Below, piece after piece: positions 1 to 11,778 of a DNA stretch of 64,000 bases. Position numbers and translations under genes: made by a program. The number at the start of each line of letters is the position of its first letter. Position 1 is the stretch's first letter. Source of the stretch: Phoronis australis (taxonomy: Eukaryota > Animalia > Phoronida). Where the stretch lies: assembly GCA_002633005.1 (NCBI GenBank), contig NMRA01000229.1, positions 481,505-545,504 of the forward strand, in the 5' to 3' direction. Under the pieces are notes generated by a model that worked only from the letters and a program-made list of their open reading frames with translations, did not search any database and was not told the origin of the DNA.

Positions 1-1418
1 GTTTGCACCAGAACTGCTTGTGTGAACAGCACAAATCTAAAATTTACCTAGTCTAAGACTGAATTTTTCTCCAGGCACGGATCATGATCCTGGGCCACAT
101 GGTAATGTGGTACATTGTTCATTTTGTTTAGCCACTGGATTTTTTGGTCTGACAGGATTTCTCAGTGTGGCCATCACATTTAGATGATTTCTGACCACTG
201 TACTGTTCCTTTTCCTTGAAGATGCATAATTGATCTGAATTTATGTTTCAGCATTTTATTTACCATTATAGATTTTTGTTTGTAACTGGATATATATTAC
301 TGAAATTTGAGACCCTGTTGCAGTTAGGCTGGTTTTGTTAACTTATCTTTCTACCTGGGTTGTAAACCCATATTCTGTCCAGGAGGTAATAAGTTTTGAT
401 TTAGACCATTTACCTCTATAAACTTTGCTCAGCTTGTTCCTTATCTAGATAGGAAGTGATTTCTGGAATTATAGCTAATTGACAGTTTGCTATTCCTTGA
501 GACCATGCTGTGTGTATAAAATCACACACTATTAGTCTGGTCTCTAGCAATTGCATATTGCCAGGTCTTTCAAAGTTCGGAAACTGCTCAAAAGTGACCT
601 GGAAGTAATACCTACATGTATTTCGTAATGGTAAAATGTCTAAATCAAAAGTTGTTTTATGTGATTTTAGGCGAGTTTATGTCCACTTCAAATGATTTTT
701 TGTTGCAGTACTGAAAAGTATTGGCACATTAGCTCTGGTGGCTCCTTGTTTTTTTGACGAATTGACCATTTTATGGTTCCCATGGGTAATTTTGTTACTG
801 GTCTAGTATGTATGTACAACTGTAACCGTAGGGCAATTGCAATGCAAACCATGTTGCAAAAGTATTTTTTCATGACCATATCATTGTTAAATGCTGCCTA
901 ATTGGAACCGACAAGCCAATTTTTCATTTTGTGGTGGTTAGTTTTGATAAGAACATTGATGTGGTAAATACAGCTACCTCAAGTTTGTGAAGAAGAGATT
1001 TCCAATGTCAGCGATATTGCGAAATCACTTTTTCGCAGTGAGACTACATCACCTTAAATGTAATTCCCTGAATTTATGGGCTTTGTGTGGTTGACTCTGT
1101 GTTGTAGCACTTAGAGTGTTGAAAAGATCTAGAAGGCAATTTTTATTAGAGTCATAATATTTGCACTTTTTACTGTACAGTTATCTTTGCATTGTATTAC
1201 GAAAACATATTTTGTAGTACACAAGTCTCTGGTTGGTATTTTATATTTTTTCACAAGGAATATTTTCAACTTAGATGAGTTGTCTGTGAGGTAGGCAATT
1301 TTCAAATAAGATAATGAATAAAATTGTCAAACATTGTTTTATTTTTTAGATGTGTGATCTTCCAATAAGTGATTACTTTTAAAAAAACTGTGCAGAATTT
1401 GATTTTTACTCTTCATTT
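1..1418. other. CpG-depleted, AT-rich segment; probable 3' UTR or gene-body end of an upstream gene
   Basis: About a dozen CpGs in ~1.4 kb by eye, far fewer than elsewhere in the window. AATAAA near 1317 is followed by a T/GT-rich tract. No recognisable ORF. Confidence 0.35.
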
Positions 1419-2189
1419 NNNNNNNNNNNNNNNNNNNNNNNNNNNNNNNNNNNNNNNNNNNNNNNNNNNNNNNNNNNNNNNNNNNNNNNNNNNNNNNNNN
1501 NNNNNNNNNNNNNNNNNNNNNNNNNNNNNNNNNNNNNNNNNNNNNNNNNNNNNNNNNNNNNNNNNNNNNNNNNNNNNNNNNNNNNNNNNNNNNNNNNNNN
1601 NNNNNNNNNNNNNNNNNNNNNNNNNNNNNNNNNNNNNNNNNNNNNNNNNNNNNNNNNNNNNNNNNNNNNNNNNNNNNNNNNNNNNNNNNNNNNNNNNNNN
1701 NNNNNNNNNNNNNNNNNNNNNNNNNNNNNNNNNNNNNNNNNNNNNNNNNNNNNNNNNNNNNNNNNNNNNNNNNNNNNNNNNNNNNNNNNNNNNNNNNNNN
1801 NNNNNNNNNNNNNNNNNNNNNNNNNNNNNNNNNNNNNNNNNNNNNNNNNNNNNNNNNNNNNNNNNNNNNNNNNNNNNNNNNNNNNNNNNNNNNNNNNNNN
1901 NNNNNNNNNNNNNNNNNNNNNNNNNNNNNNNNNNNNNNNNNNNNNNNNNNNNNNNNNNNNNNNNNNNNNNNNNNNNNNNNNNNNNNNNNNNNNNNNNNNN
2001 NNNNNNNNNNNNNNNNNNNNNNNNNNNNNNNNNNNNNNNNNNNNNNNNNNNNNNNNNNNNNNNNNNNNNNNNNNNNNNNNNNNNNNNNNNNNNNNNNNNN
2101 NNNNNNNNNNNNNNNNNNNNNNNNNNNNNNNNNNNNNNNNNNNNNNNNNNNNNNNNNNNNNNNNNNNNNNNNNNNNNNNNNNNNNNNNN
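1419..2189. other. Assembly gap (run of N)
   Basis: Seen directly; ORFs 1369..2217 and 1406..2233 are artefacts of it. Confidence 0.99.
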
Positions 2190-2354
2190 AAACCGTAAAA
2201 TGTGTTTGAACCTATAACTTTAGAAAAACACAATATTTTGAGGAAATATTTAACCGCTGTTTATAGATCCCATAGGACTACATATGTGCCAAATTTGGTG
2301 AAAATCGGCTGACCCCCACCTTGCCGCTCATGGTTGGTGCTCTCGTGGACTAGT
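2190..2354. mobile_element. Possible transposon terminus next to the gap (Academ-like TAG...CTA end or Helitron-like CTAG end)
   Basis: Ends ...CTCGTGGACTAG after a subterminal TGTGCCAAATTTGGTGAAAATCGG motif; the other end would lie in the gap. Confidence 0.3.
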
Positions 2355-3226
2355 ACTTAAAACATGACATTTAGATTTCTGAAGCTTTAAAAAGAAAATT
2401 TGGGTTATTTTTATAAATAGCCATTCTTGCCACTAGGCTTACACCTGATATGTCATTCTTTGTAACCATACCACAGTTTAATGATCACGCTACATATAAA
2501 AGTAATTGCAAGCTACCTTTATGCAGTAAAATTACAAAAATGCGAAGTTCGTCATAAGGTAGGCCTTACTAAAATGTCTTTATGGAGCAATATTTCGTGC
2601 ATTAATTTGACGTGGACAGAGCCCTACACCTACCGGAGCTAAGTGCTTGCCTTGGACAAGATGAGTGTGTACTTGAGCTAGAAACCCGAGTTTTTTTAAT
2701 CGAAATATTTTGTTCGAAGATTAGAAAAGCGAAAGCAGTGTTATCGAATCGGCCTACTTTACTAGGGGAGTCCCACTGGCAGTTGTGACCTACTTTTCAT
2801 TTGGCGGATTTTAGCACTGAGGTGACAGAATAAAAATATCAATGAATCTTCACTGATTTTGTTCGAAAGATCCTCAAATCTATGACATCGTACAGATAAT
2901 TAGACTTTAAGGTACATGTACATGTACGTACCCAGCTTTAGCTGAGCAAATCGCATCTGTGGCCTTGTAATTTGTCAGGTAAAGGGGGGTTCTTCGGATT
3001 TTCGCTGGCTCCGAAATACTTTTCCTCGTCACCTTTGCAAATTCCCACATCATAAACGTAGAATTATTTGCTGAAAAGCATCGTCTGTTGTCTTTGCCTC
3101 TGACATCGTGTTTGTTTGTCGGCTGTCACGTGACTTTTCACAAGGCGGTGGAGCTTGCGATAGGTCAATTGGCAGGTATATATGATCATGCTAATGATTC
3201 ATAAAGTGGCAACGCACTATGTTCAA

Positions 3227-3426
3227 AGGTCTGTTTCTCGAGCAGTCTATTGTCTTTTGGCTACAAATCAGTCTACAGTTGGCGAAGATGGAAGTCTGGA
3301 GATCTGTGAACAACTCGAACAAAGCCAAAAGACAGAAACCCGAAGTATGTTCGGGAGCACTCTAAAGGCCAAAATCAAAAGCCAAAAAAAAGGTTTTGGC
3401 TGCGCTAGAGTTTGTGTAACAGGCCT
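3227..3426. mobile_element. Degenerate MITE, possibly Harbinger-like
   Basis: Imperfect TIRs AGGTCTGTTTC / GTAACAGGCCT and internal TTTTGGCT / AGCCAAAA inverted sub-repeats. Confidence 0.35.
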
Positions 3427-6400
3427 CTGGTGTAAAAAGATAGTGCACGGGATTTTGGCATTCCAAAGCCTCTGCATCGCGTTCTTTTGTTTTTTTTTTT
3501 CATTCCGTGATGAACCGTCATCTTGACTTTGATTATCCAATTTATTCGTCAGGTTTTCATATATTCACACTGTTTGTTTTCATTTGGATTCACATGAGAC
3601 TCCTAAGTAGACCAAACTGCTTTGACGAATGTGATTAACCCGCCGTGACAAGCAAATTATGCTTCTGATGTCAAGCAATTACTTCAGTTCCTCTCAAGCC
3701 TAGAGACCGAAATTGTAACGATGACTGGTATATGATAAAAATTGGTTTTGACAGAAATCAAGGGTTTGCTGCATTTTTAAGCTTTAAAACCCCCGCTAGA
3801 AATGGAACCTCTAGTGTTTCGTTCCACATTAAGGGAACATGACACTCACGGTGGTTCTTTGGCAAAGTTAGAGCTAGGCGAAGGGGCTATACGTCCAAAA
3901 GTTTCCCATTTTTGCAAATACATGTAAGTGATCATAACTGATTTTAAAGTCGTCAAGGACTTTTCCAAATGAAAAAATCCAGTCTTGTATCGTTGAATAG
4001 TCTCTGGCTGTAGATTATGTGGCAAAAGGGGGCGTTTCGTGGAGGGATCGATTGTATGCGTTTATATGACGATCCTGTGACCATGTACAATGTATTTGTA
4101 GAATATGGGTCAGAGGGCCGTGGGCGTTAACACGGCGCCCTAGATTCTGTTCTGAATTGTTCGAACAAAGGTGAAAGTTATATCCCGTGGCACTTATGTA
4201 GATGTAGGGTTAATGAAGATAAGAATTTCAAGAAATGGGGATTGGGTGATAATGGTGAACGGTTTATGCCACCTGCCGGTCACCATACAAGTTAGAAAAG
4301 TCCTTTGCTACTGCTTCTTCTACTACTACTACTTTACTTACATTGATATTGGACTTTTTGTACGAAGCCTACAGATATTTGAGTCCGTAAGTGATAGAAA
4401 ATATCGTAGACTGCTGACTCGCCTTCACGGCACCATCGGGATTTTATTTGCAACGTTAGTAACAATTTTTGTTTTAGTTTTTAGCGGTGAATGACCGCCT
4501 GTTCGGGTGTTCGTCGTCCATACGAACCATAATTAAAAAACTATACTTGATTAATTGGCTGAATCCAATACTGTTAAAACGAGAATTTAGTTTCCATGAT
4601 TTATTTAGAATTGGTATGCATTATAATGTATGATACCAGTGTATGGGAAAGTAATAATAATGTCAAATATTGCATTTGTCTATACTGTACTAGGCTCATT
4701 TTCAGTAGGAATAGAACTATTTTGTAGGATGACACACTGGCTCAATAATTGGATTTTTGTTGCAAGGCAGCTACAGTTATTTTGCCATTTTTCTATTAAT
4801 TTCATATCCGTGAAAGAGGAAAATGTGTATTAGAAGAACAGAGATGACCTCACCCTGCCAACAGTTAGACAGTAGACGAAGTGTTATGCAGGATTTCTTC
4901 AATGATTGTCTACTTCTTTATTGTAGAGGGATGACTATACTGCGGAAGTCCTCGGATTTTCTCTGAACTAAATTTGCACAGCCAGACCCAGTTAACCACA
5001 TCATTCAATTGTCATGTTGTCGTAACTTTTAAGTAATTGGTACTTTCATTTTTAGCTATGTTCTTGTTTGAAATAATCTGAAATTCTATTTGGGTGTGGT
5101 AGAGACATTTCTTCCCAAAATACTCATCTGTAGGAAGTTGACACCAAGGAATTGTTGAATGGCAAAAAGATAAGTTGTTTTTGACAGCAAGCACCAGTTT
5201 CATGAGAGCATAAAACACACGACAAAGGTGCCATCTATTTTTGATCAGTGGCTATTGAGCATTTGAGTGATTTTGACATCTGCACGCATCCCCCCCAACC
5301 ATCTAGCTTTTCCTGTTGACTGTGTAGAGTCCAAATATCTGATTTCTCCTATCACTTTGTGCGTCAGAACTGACGAGGGTATGATTTCTAATGGAAACGT
5401 TTGTTATATGCATATGATTATGTAAACAACGGTTGTACAAGGATAATTTGTAAAATAACTTGAATTTGCTCATCGCTTTAGGTGATTTAACACGTAACTC
5501 ATTTTGCTCTCGCGATTTGACATAGGTACTAAGTTCACGCATCTAACCGTGGAGTAAGCCATTCCATCTGAAAATCTATTTCTTCGGAACATAAGAACAC
5601 TATAAGTAAGAAATTAAATGCAGGAACATGTGAGAAAAGTTTGTAAAAACTGGATTGCGGTTAACATGAAAAAACTGCAGCTCGGCGGAACACTTAGGGC
5701 AATGAGAATTCCTGGGTGGGCCGTGAGGGGACTATCGATTATCTATGTACTGTACCCTTAGTCCATTTACTAAGTAAGCCACCTCTAGCACTGAACTAAT
5801 CACGTGTTGATGGTTGAGGTGGAAGGGTGCCGAAGGGAGGAGAGGTTGTGTCTTTGTTGTGATGTGAGAGTGGTTGAGAGTGGATATCGTCTTAGCATAA
5901 TCCTATTTTTAGCGAGCTTTCGCTAGCAGGTCAACCACCGTAGTTAACTTTTCCCACTTACAGAAACTTCGCCGGTAAAAGCGAACTCTTGCCTCCACGG
6001 GAAAGCGACTTTGGATGTTGAATTGCATTTTATTATCGTCTTTTCACTTAGTTCAAAACACCACGAGTGCGTATTTGTGTATTGCGTTTATTTGTGTAAA
6101 AAGGGGCCGGTGGTCTCAGTTATTACATTGATTAAGTAATCACGTGTTATCTTACTCATATCCGGTCAGATTATTCCATATGCGGCCAGTACATTCAGAG
6201 GAACTTGAACAGCATCCATGGATTTTTTCCTCTCTTGCATCAAAAATAGTCCCAAACGTCCATTTTTTGTAACTGGAATTCATTTCTGCTACTGCCGTTT
6301 CTAGTAAAATTTCTTTTTCCCGAACTATTTTGTGCGGACGCGAAATGTTGACGATTTTAACGCAATCTTTGGGTGAGCCAATTCCTGGACGAGGCAGTCT

Positions 6401-8306
6401 CGCCACCTGGTGTCATACACACCATGTACACTGTACGTGTATGTGAGAAAAGTCGGGTAACTGTACACATGTAGATAATACGTTCAGTAAAACATGGCAG
6501 CAACCATTGGGTGTCGATCTCATGGTTTTGAGTAAGTAACACGCTAAAACGATTCAGACAGCCGTTCGTGTTTTGTAGTCCACTCATCGACCTTCTGCGT
6601 TTTCCCACTATTTCTCGTTCATATCGTAACACAAGTGTATGACAAAGTGCTGTATTTTTTCAACTTGCCCTGTCTTATTTCCTGAAACCTTCAGATAAAT
6701 CTCTTCTTGTGCTGTTTCATCAGGTTGGCACTGTAAAAACGTCATTGGCTTTAATTATGTTGCATAGTCGAACACGTGTAAATTCCCGTGCTTGGGTGTG
6801 ACATATCGTGACATTTTTTGCATTACAATTGCTTCAATTCTAAGCAATTCTAAGCTCCTAAGGAGAGCGTACCTCGTTTCTTTCACCCACCTCAAAGTAA
6901 TAAGTCTATGGCGGCGATAATTGCAGCTTATTTGCACACAGTGTACTCGAGTCTATTCGCCTGCTTGTTTACGCGATTACCGCGCGTATTGTGCGCTAAG
7001 ACTTTTTAATTTGAACTGGCAATTTTCACGACTATGTTCGAAGGCACACTGGCAGTTTAATATCCACCTAATTAGCTTCGGAGCTTTTTAAAGCTCGAAC
7101 ATGATAGAATAATTTAGTAATACATATTAGATGAGCAATCCATTCACACTTTTCACAGGCGATATAACCAGGGAAAGCCGTTTAGAAGATAATCGCATGC
7201 TGTTAATGACTGAATCTTGACACATCTCCAGAGCAATCACACAGAATTACATGGTTGTAAATAATCAGATTACGAGAATATTGACCCTTCTCTCGGACAG
7301 GCTTCCAATCTGCTGACAGCGTTGGCCCACGTGGGTTCATTTTCCTAGTGGCGCACACAAGGTGTGAAACTCAGAATGGTAGTATGTCCACGACTAGGGT
7401 GGTGTTCCGAAGACCAGGTTTCTTGCGAGAAAAGCAATCGATCTCCCAAGACTTCGCAAAACCGAGCACTTTGCGAGAATACTAGGGAGCTTACACACTT
7501 ATGGAGGTACTTCGCCATTCTTACACTCCGTCAAACAAAATGAAAAGTTTCTAGTAATTTCTCCTCAAAAGTACACACGACCACAAAAACTTTATCATGT
7601 CTCATAATTTTGCCCCTTTCATTTGCTCTTAAATCGAAAGCGAGCCTCCAAATCAGGTGGCATTCCAAACTCCACACAAGTCATTCTATCTTGTTTCGGT
7701 TCGTCCGGTTAGAAAAGCTTACAATCAGACTTTCGGTTACTAAGTACAAGGTCAATAAATGGGAATTTTGTAGCACCCCCAGTGTATCTGCTTTTTATTT
7801 TTAGGAATGCAGACTGACCCCTTCATTACAGTAAAACATTGAACTTAACTAAAAAGTGTAAAAATCAGTCAAAAACAATCTCCACAACATTAATTCTCCC
7901 AAGATCACAATGTCTATTCTCCATAATTAATGCTTCATTTGATTTGTGTCAGTGCTAATTTTTTTCAAAAAGTTTGTCGGTAATCAATAGAAAACGTAAT
8001 AACAGCGTAATAAGATTTAAATACTCATCGATGCAAATACATTCAGCGCAAGGACCAATTAAACAATGAACTACGTTCTAGGATAAAGGGGCGGGGACAT
8101 CTTCCACTCAATTACATGTACTGCTGTTTACCATTGTGAATAAAATTAACTTTTCAACATTATAACCAAATCCCTCCCTTTTGAACTTGACAAAACATGG
8201 GTGTGTAGATATGTAGTTTGCGAAAATACAAAAGAAGATTTCCAGTGTAAGTTAAATTGCGTTCACCAAAGGCTGTGGCAATTCAGCTTGACGCGTATAA
8301 CGAGTT

Positions 8307-8630
8307 TAAAAGCTGCATATCACCCGCGGTTTTAGCAGACTTGAAAGGAGAATCGAATTATGCTTTCATACAACATGGCCTTATAATATGTTTCACTGCC
8401 ATAGGATTCCATTTCCGTTACCAATTTAGTCAGAAGCATTACGTACATGCGCCATTTTCAAATTTTGAATTTTAGCATTGGCCATTCCTAATAATCTGAA
8501 GCGTTTACTTGAATCGTTCATGGTTTCAATGTATAGTTGGTAACGGAAATGAAATGCCATGAGACCGATTTCATCAGAATAAAAGGCCAAATTCGATTTT
8601 CATTTTTAGCCCCTAAAAATGCAGCTTTGT
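8307..8630. mobile_element. Old long-TIR MITE (also at ~14485-14810; related end at ~10921)
   Basis: Inverted arms AAAGCTGCAT...AATCGAATT...CATTTCCGTTACCAA versus TTGGTAACGGAAATG...AATTCGATT...ATGCAGCTTT. Confidence 0.55.
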
Positions 8631-9819
8631 GTGCTTGCGCCTGCTCTTCACAAGCAGGTACAAGCGCCTACTTTATATAATGCGCATGTCTTACAAAACT
8701 AATTAGTTCTATGTGATTTATTATCCGATCCTAGTTACAATATACAGTGTAACATTTTGTGAAGAATTGTTTAACTTTCACTCGCTCTTACATTTTAGCT
8801 TTACTCAAGTGTTTCAGACAGAGGTGCATGCGCCTAATTCCGGATATAAGAGGGACTTCCCGTACAGTCGCAGAGGAGGTACTTATGTGTGTTGTTGATT
8901 CCCAGATGATACACTCAGTCATTAAAAATATGTTTTTGCATTTTTCACCTCTACACGTTTTTGCGATGAGGAAATAATTAAAAACGTCGGCTTCTGTTAC
9001 TTTGCATCGACATTTCATGACGTAAAACGCGCACGCTGTTGCAGCAAACTCCGACTTCCTCGCCACAAGCATGCGTAAACGGTCCCTTGAGTAAATGTCT
9101 CAACCACAGAAGGACCTCCCATGGTGATCCTTCCTTCATAAATGATATCAGTGAATTTTCGGCCTCCTTAACCAGCAGTTTAGCTACTACATTTATCAAT
9201 AACACGGAACGTGTGAACTGGTGGGACACACCGTTATAGTACCCGTCTAAATTACTGTGCAATTTTCTCGGAGTTGCCTTTGTTCTTTTCATTGTGAGCT
9301 TAACTGCCTATCTAAGTGACCCATGCCAATTTGGAGTTCAGCTGCAAAAGGATTATTGCGGTCCAAAAAGCGTGTGAACATTCAGCTACGAATGTATAAG
9401 GCCACGGGTGGTTACAGTAAACTCTTGGTTGCAGGTCCAAATCGAGGATGCGCCAACAGTGGCACCCCATGTTGTAAAACAAGCGTTTTTAAACAGATAA
9501 TATTTCACAGAACAATCCGCTCTTCCACTAGTCTGACCTCTATGGTATTTGGACACAGTGCGAGGTTGTTCAGCGACTTTCGCACAACTAGAACTGCATA
9601 CTTACTCGTCTTTGAGCACGTGCATTTTGACTGCGCTTGCGACTTTATTTGTGCTGCATTGTACGAGTACATTCGCGTGCACTGCTCGTGCATGTCGTCC
9701 TGTTACAAATAAGTATCGCTGACTGAATACTCAGAATCATGTTTTCAAAATCATTGTAAGAATCGTCGTTTGTCTTCTACTGCCAAGTTGCAAATCATCA
9801 GATCAAATCTAAACACCAA

Positions 9820-10883
9820 CACCCGATTTCATAAAGGTGGTTTAACAAAACAAGGTTTAAGACTTGAACCTGGTCTTCCTAAACCTGGTCTAATTTTAGA
9901 CCTGACGTGCATTTCATCAACATGGTTTAAGAGTCTGAAAGCCTGGTTTTGCTAGACCAGGGAGCTGGTTCAGTAAAACCTGTTTTAAAGTATCAAAGGC
10001 ACCCCACTGTGTCGAGCTGGGTAAACCCAACAAAGAAACTATTGCAGAGCTTCAATGAAACCTTGATCACGTGGGTATACAATGGCATACACTAGTAGAA
10101 TCAGTACAGACATTTATGAAAATGTCTAAAAGCTTTTCTCATCAGGAAAATTGTAATTTCTGTGCCCAATTTCACATACATTAAAGAACATGCTCACGAG
10201 TAGATGTAACATGATAAATGCCCAAATTTATTTCCTTGTCATTTTAGTGTTAATTTTTCGCGGCTGGGGGGGCAAGACCCCTTCCTGGCAACATTAAATC
10301 GGAGAACAGTGGAGGTGGAACTAAGACGAAAGAATCAGAGGATGCTGCTTTAAGTCAAATCCGATGACGCCCTGCTCGACCAATCGTATTCTGAGGAATC
10401 CGCAGAACACACTCCAGCATGTACTGGTCTACGTATAGGCGGATCTAGGGGGGTCAAGGGGTCCAGAGCCCCCCTTTTCCCTTGATTTTAGTGATATCAA
10501 ATCTATAATTAATTTTCAAATTTTTGACTTGGCCCCCCCTTTCAAAAATGCCTTGACCACCCCCTCTTAAAAAATCCTAGATCCGCCCCTGTTACGTTTG
10601 ATCTTGATCGTAGTAAAACTGAATAGTGTAAAAATAGTCCATTTTTACTCTAAAACTGCGTCGCAAATGCACTCCGCGACATCATTCAGTTGCACCTATA
10701 CCATGCAAGTCTGACATAAACACTTAAACCTGGGTCAGACCAAGTCTAAAGTTAAACATGGTTTAAGATCTTAATACAGGTCTAAAGATTATAGCCCTCA
10801 TTGGTGAAATGAAAACTGACTTAGACCAGGTCTAAACTGGGGTTAAACCAGGTTTTACTAGACCACCTTTATGAAATCGGCTG
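9820..10883. mobile_element. Non-autonomous PIF/Harbinger-type DNA transposon, 1064 bp, 3-bp TSD CAA
   Basis: TIRs CACCCGATTTCATAAAGGTGGT / ACCACCTTTATGAAATCGGCTG. CAA is duplicated at 9817-9819 and 10884-10886. Copy 2 has the empty site AAACACCAAGTGACT (~15990). There are multiple subterminal ACCTGGTCT / AGACCAGG repeats. Confidence 0.85.
10434..10591. mobile_element. Nested MITE of the CA...TG / 5-bp TSD family
   Basis: TIRs TATAGGCGGATCTAGG / CCTAGATCCGCCCCTG; flanks CTACG / TTACG. Confidence 0.7.
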
Positions 10884-11007
10884 CAAGTGACTAGCGCCTG
10901 TGTAGTGAATTATGCAACCTTTTAAAGCTGCATTTTGTTCTGTTTAGCTGGCTAAACAGCGAAAATCGTATAAGGCTTTTCACTGTCATAATATCAGTCT
11001 CGTAAAT

Positions 11008-11171
11008 ATAGACTATTATATGGCGAAGTCGTTATCCCCCGTTATCTAGAGCCCGAGTGGATTTTGGGGAATTAGCGGCCGAGGGGCGTTAGCCCCGAGG
11101 GTGATAATTAAGCAAAATCCACGAGGGCTCTAAATAAGGGGGATAACGACTGAGAACATGTAATAATCTAT
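11008..11171. repeat. Long imperfect fold-back hairpin, probable transposon end structure
   Basis: AGTCGTTATCCCCC..TAGAGCCC..GTGGATTTTG pairs with CAAAATCCAC..GGGCTCTA..GGGGGATAACGACT; the apex is CCGAGGGGCGTTAGCCCCGAGG. Absent from copy 2. Confidence 0.8.
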
Positions 11172-11710
11172 TGATACCATATACTGAACGAGAAACATTG
11201 CAATAAATCGATCTACCTTTCTCGACTAGCCTCGGTTTTGTAACTACTTTCTATGTCAGAGGCCGGGGTCGGAGGTCGTGACCTTTTAAGAAAAGCCGAG
11301 CTATTTTTGTCAAATAATGCTTTTACTCAAAAACAATTGAAAAATAAAACAAAATAGAAATAAAGTGAATCTATAAATTAAGGCTTAGCAACTGTTATAG
11401 CTTACTACACAATTTATCACGCTAAGCTTCGACCGGGAAAATATCGTCTGCTAAAATAGGTTACCAGTAGTAACTGACTACAATGCTCAAGTCAAAGGAT
11501 CCCGACGACACGATGCCCGCATTCAAATGGAGATCGGTGATTTAAAAGTGAGAGAACACGGGAGAAACATTTCACTGAATTAAAATATCGTTTTTATTGA
11601 AATTATGCATGTTATTTTTCATAGCGTATAAATGTCAGTGCAATGCCGTTTGCTGAACATACGATTGTTGCGCGTGCTCATTTAAGTATTCTATTTTCAC
11701 GTTCGATGAC

Positions 11711-11778
11711 GTGGTGTAGTGGTAAAGTCGGCGACTCGAAACTCTTGAGGCCCGGGTTCGTATACGGCCTCGGTTTCC
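11711..11778 (+). mobile_element. tRNA-derived SINE head / pseudo-tRNA (5'-deleted allele)
   Basis: A box TGGTGTAGTGG and B-box-like GGGTTCGTATAC; lacks the CAGCCGTTGAG segment present in copy 2. Confidence 0.55.

Noticed and set aside
1369-2233. Long ORFs of 282 and 275 aa
   Set aside because: They consist almost entirely of gap Ns.
6152-6632. Possible transposase relic (GLQNTNGCLN resembling TQNxNExLN)
   Set aside because: The match is too short and degenerate to support without a search.
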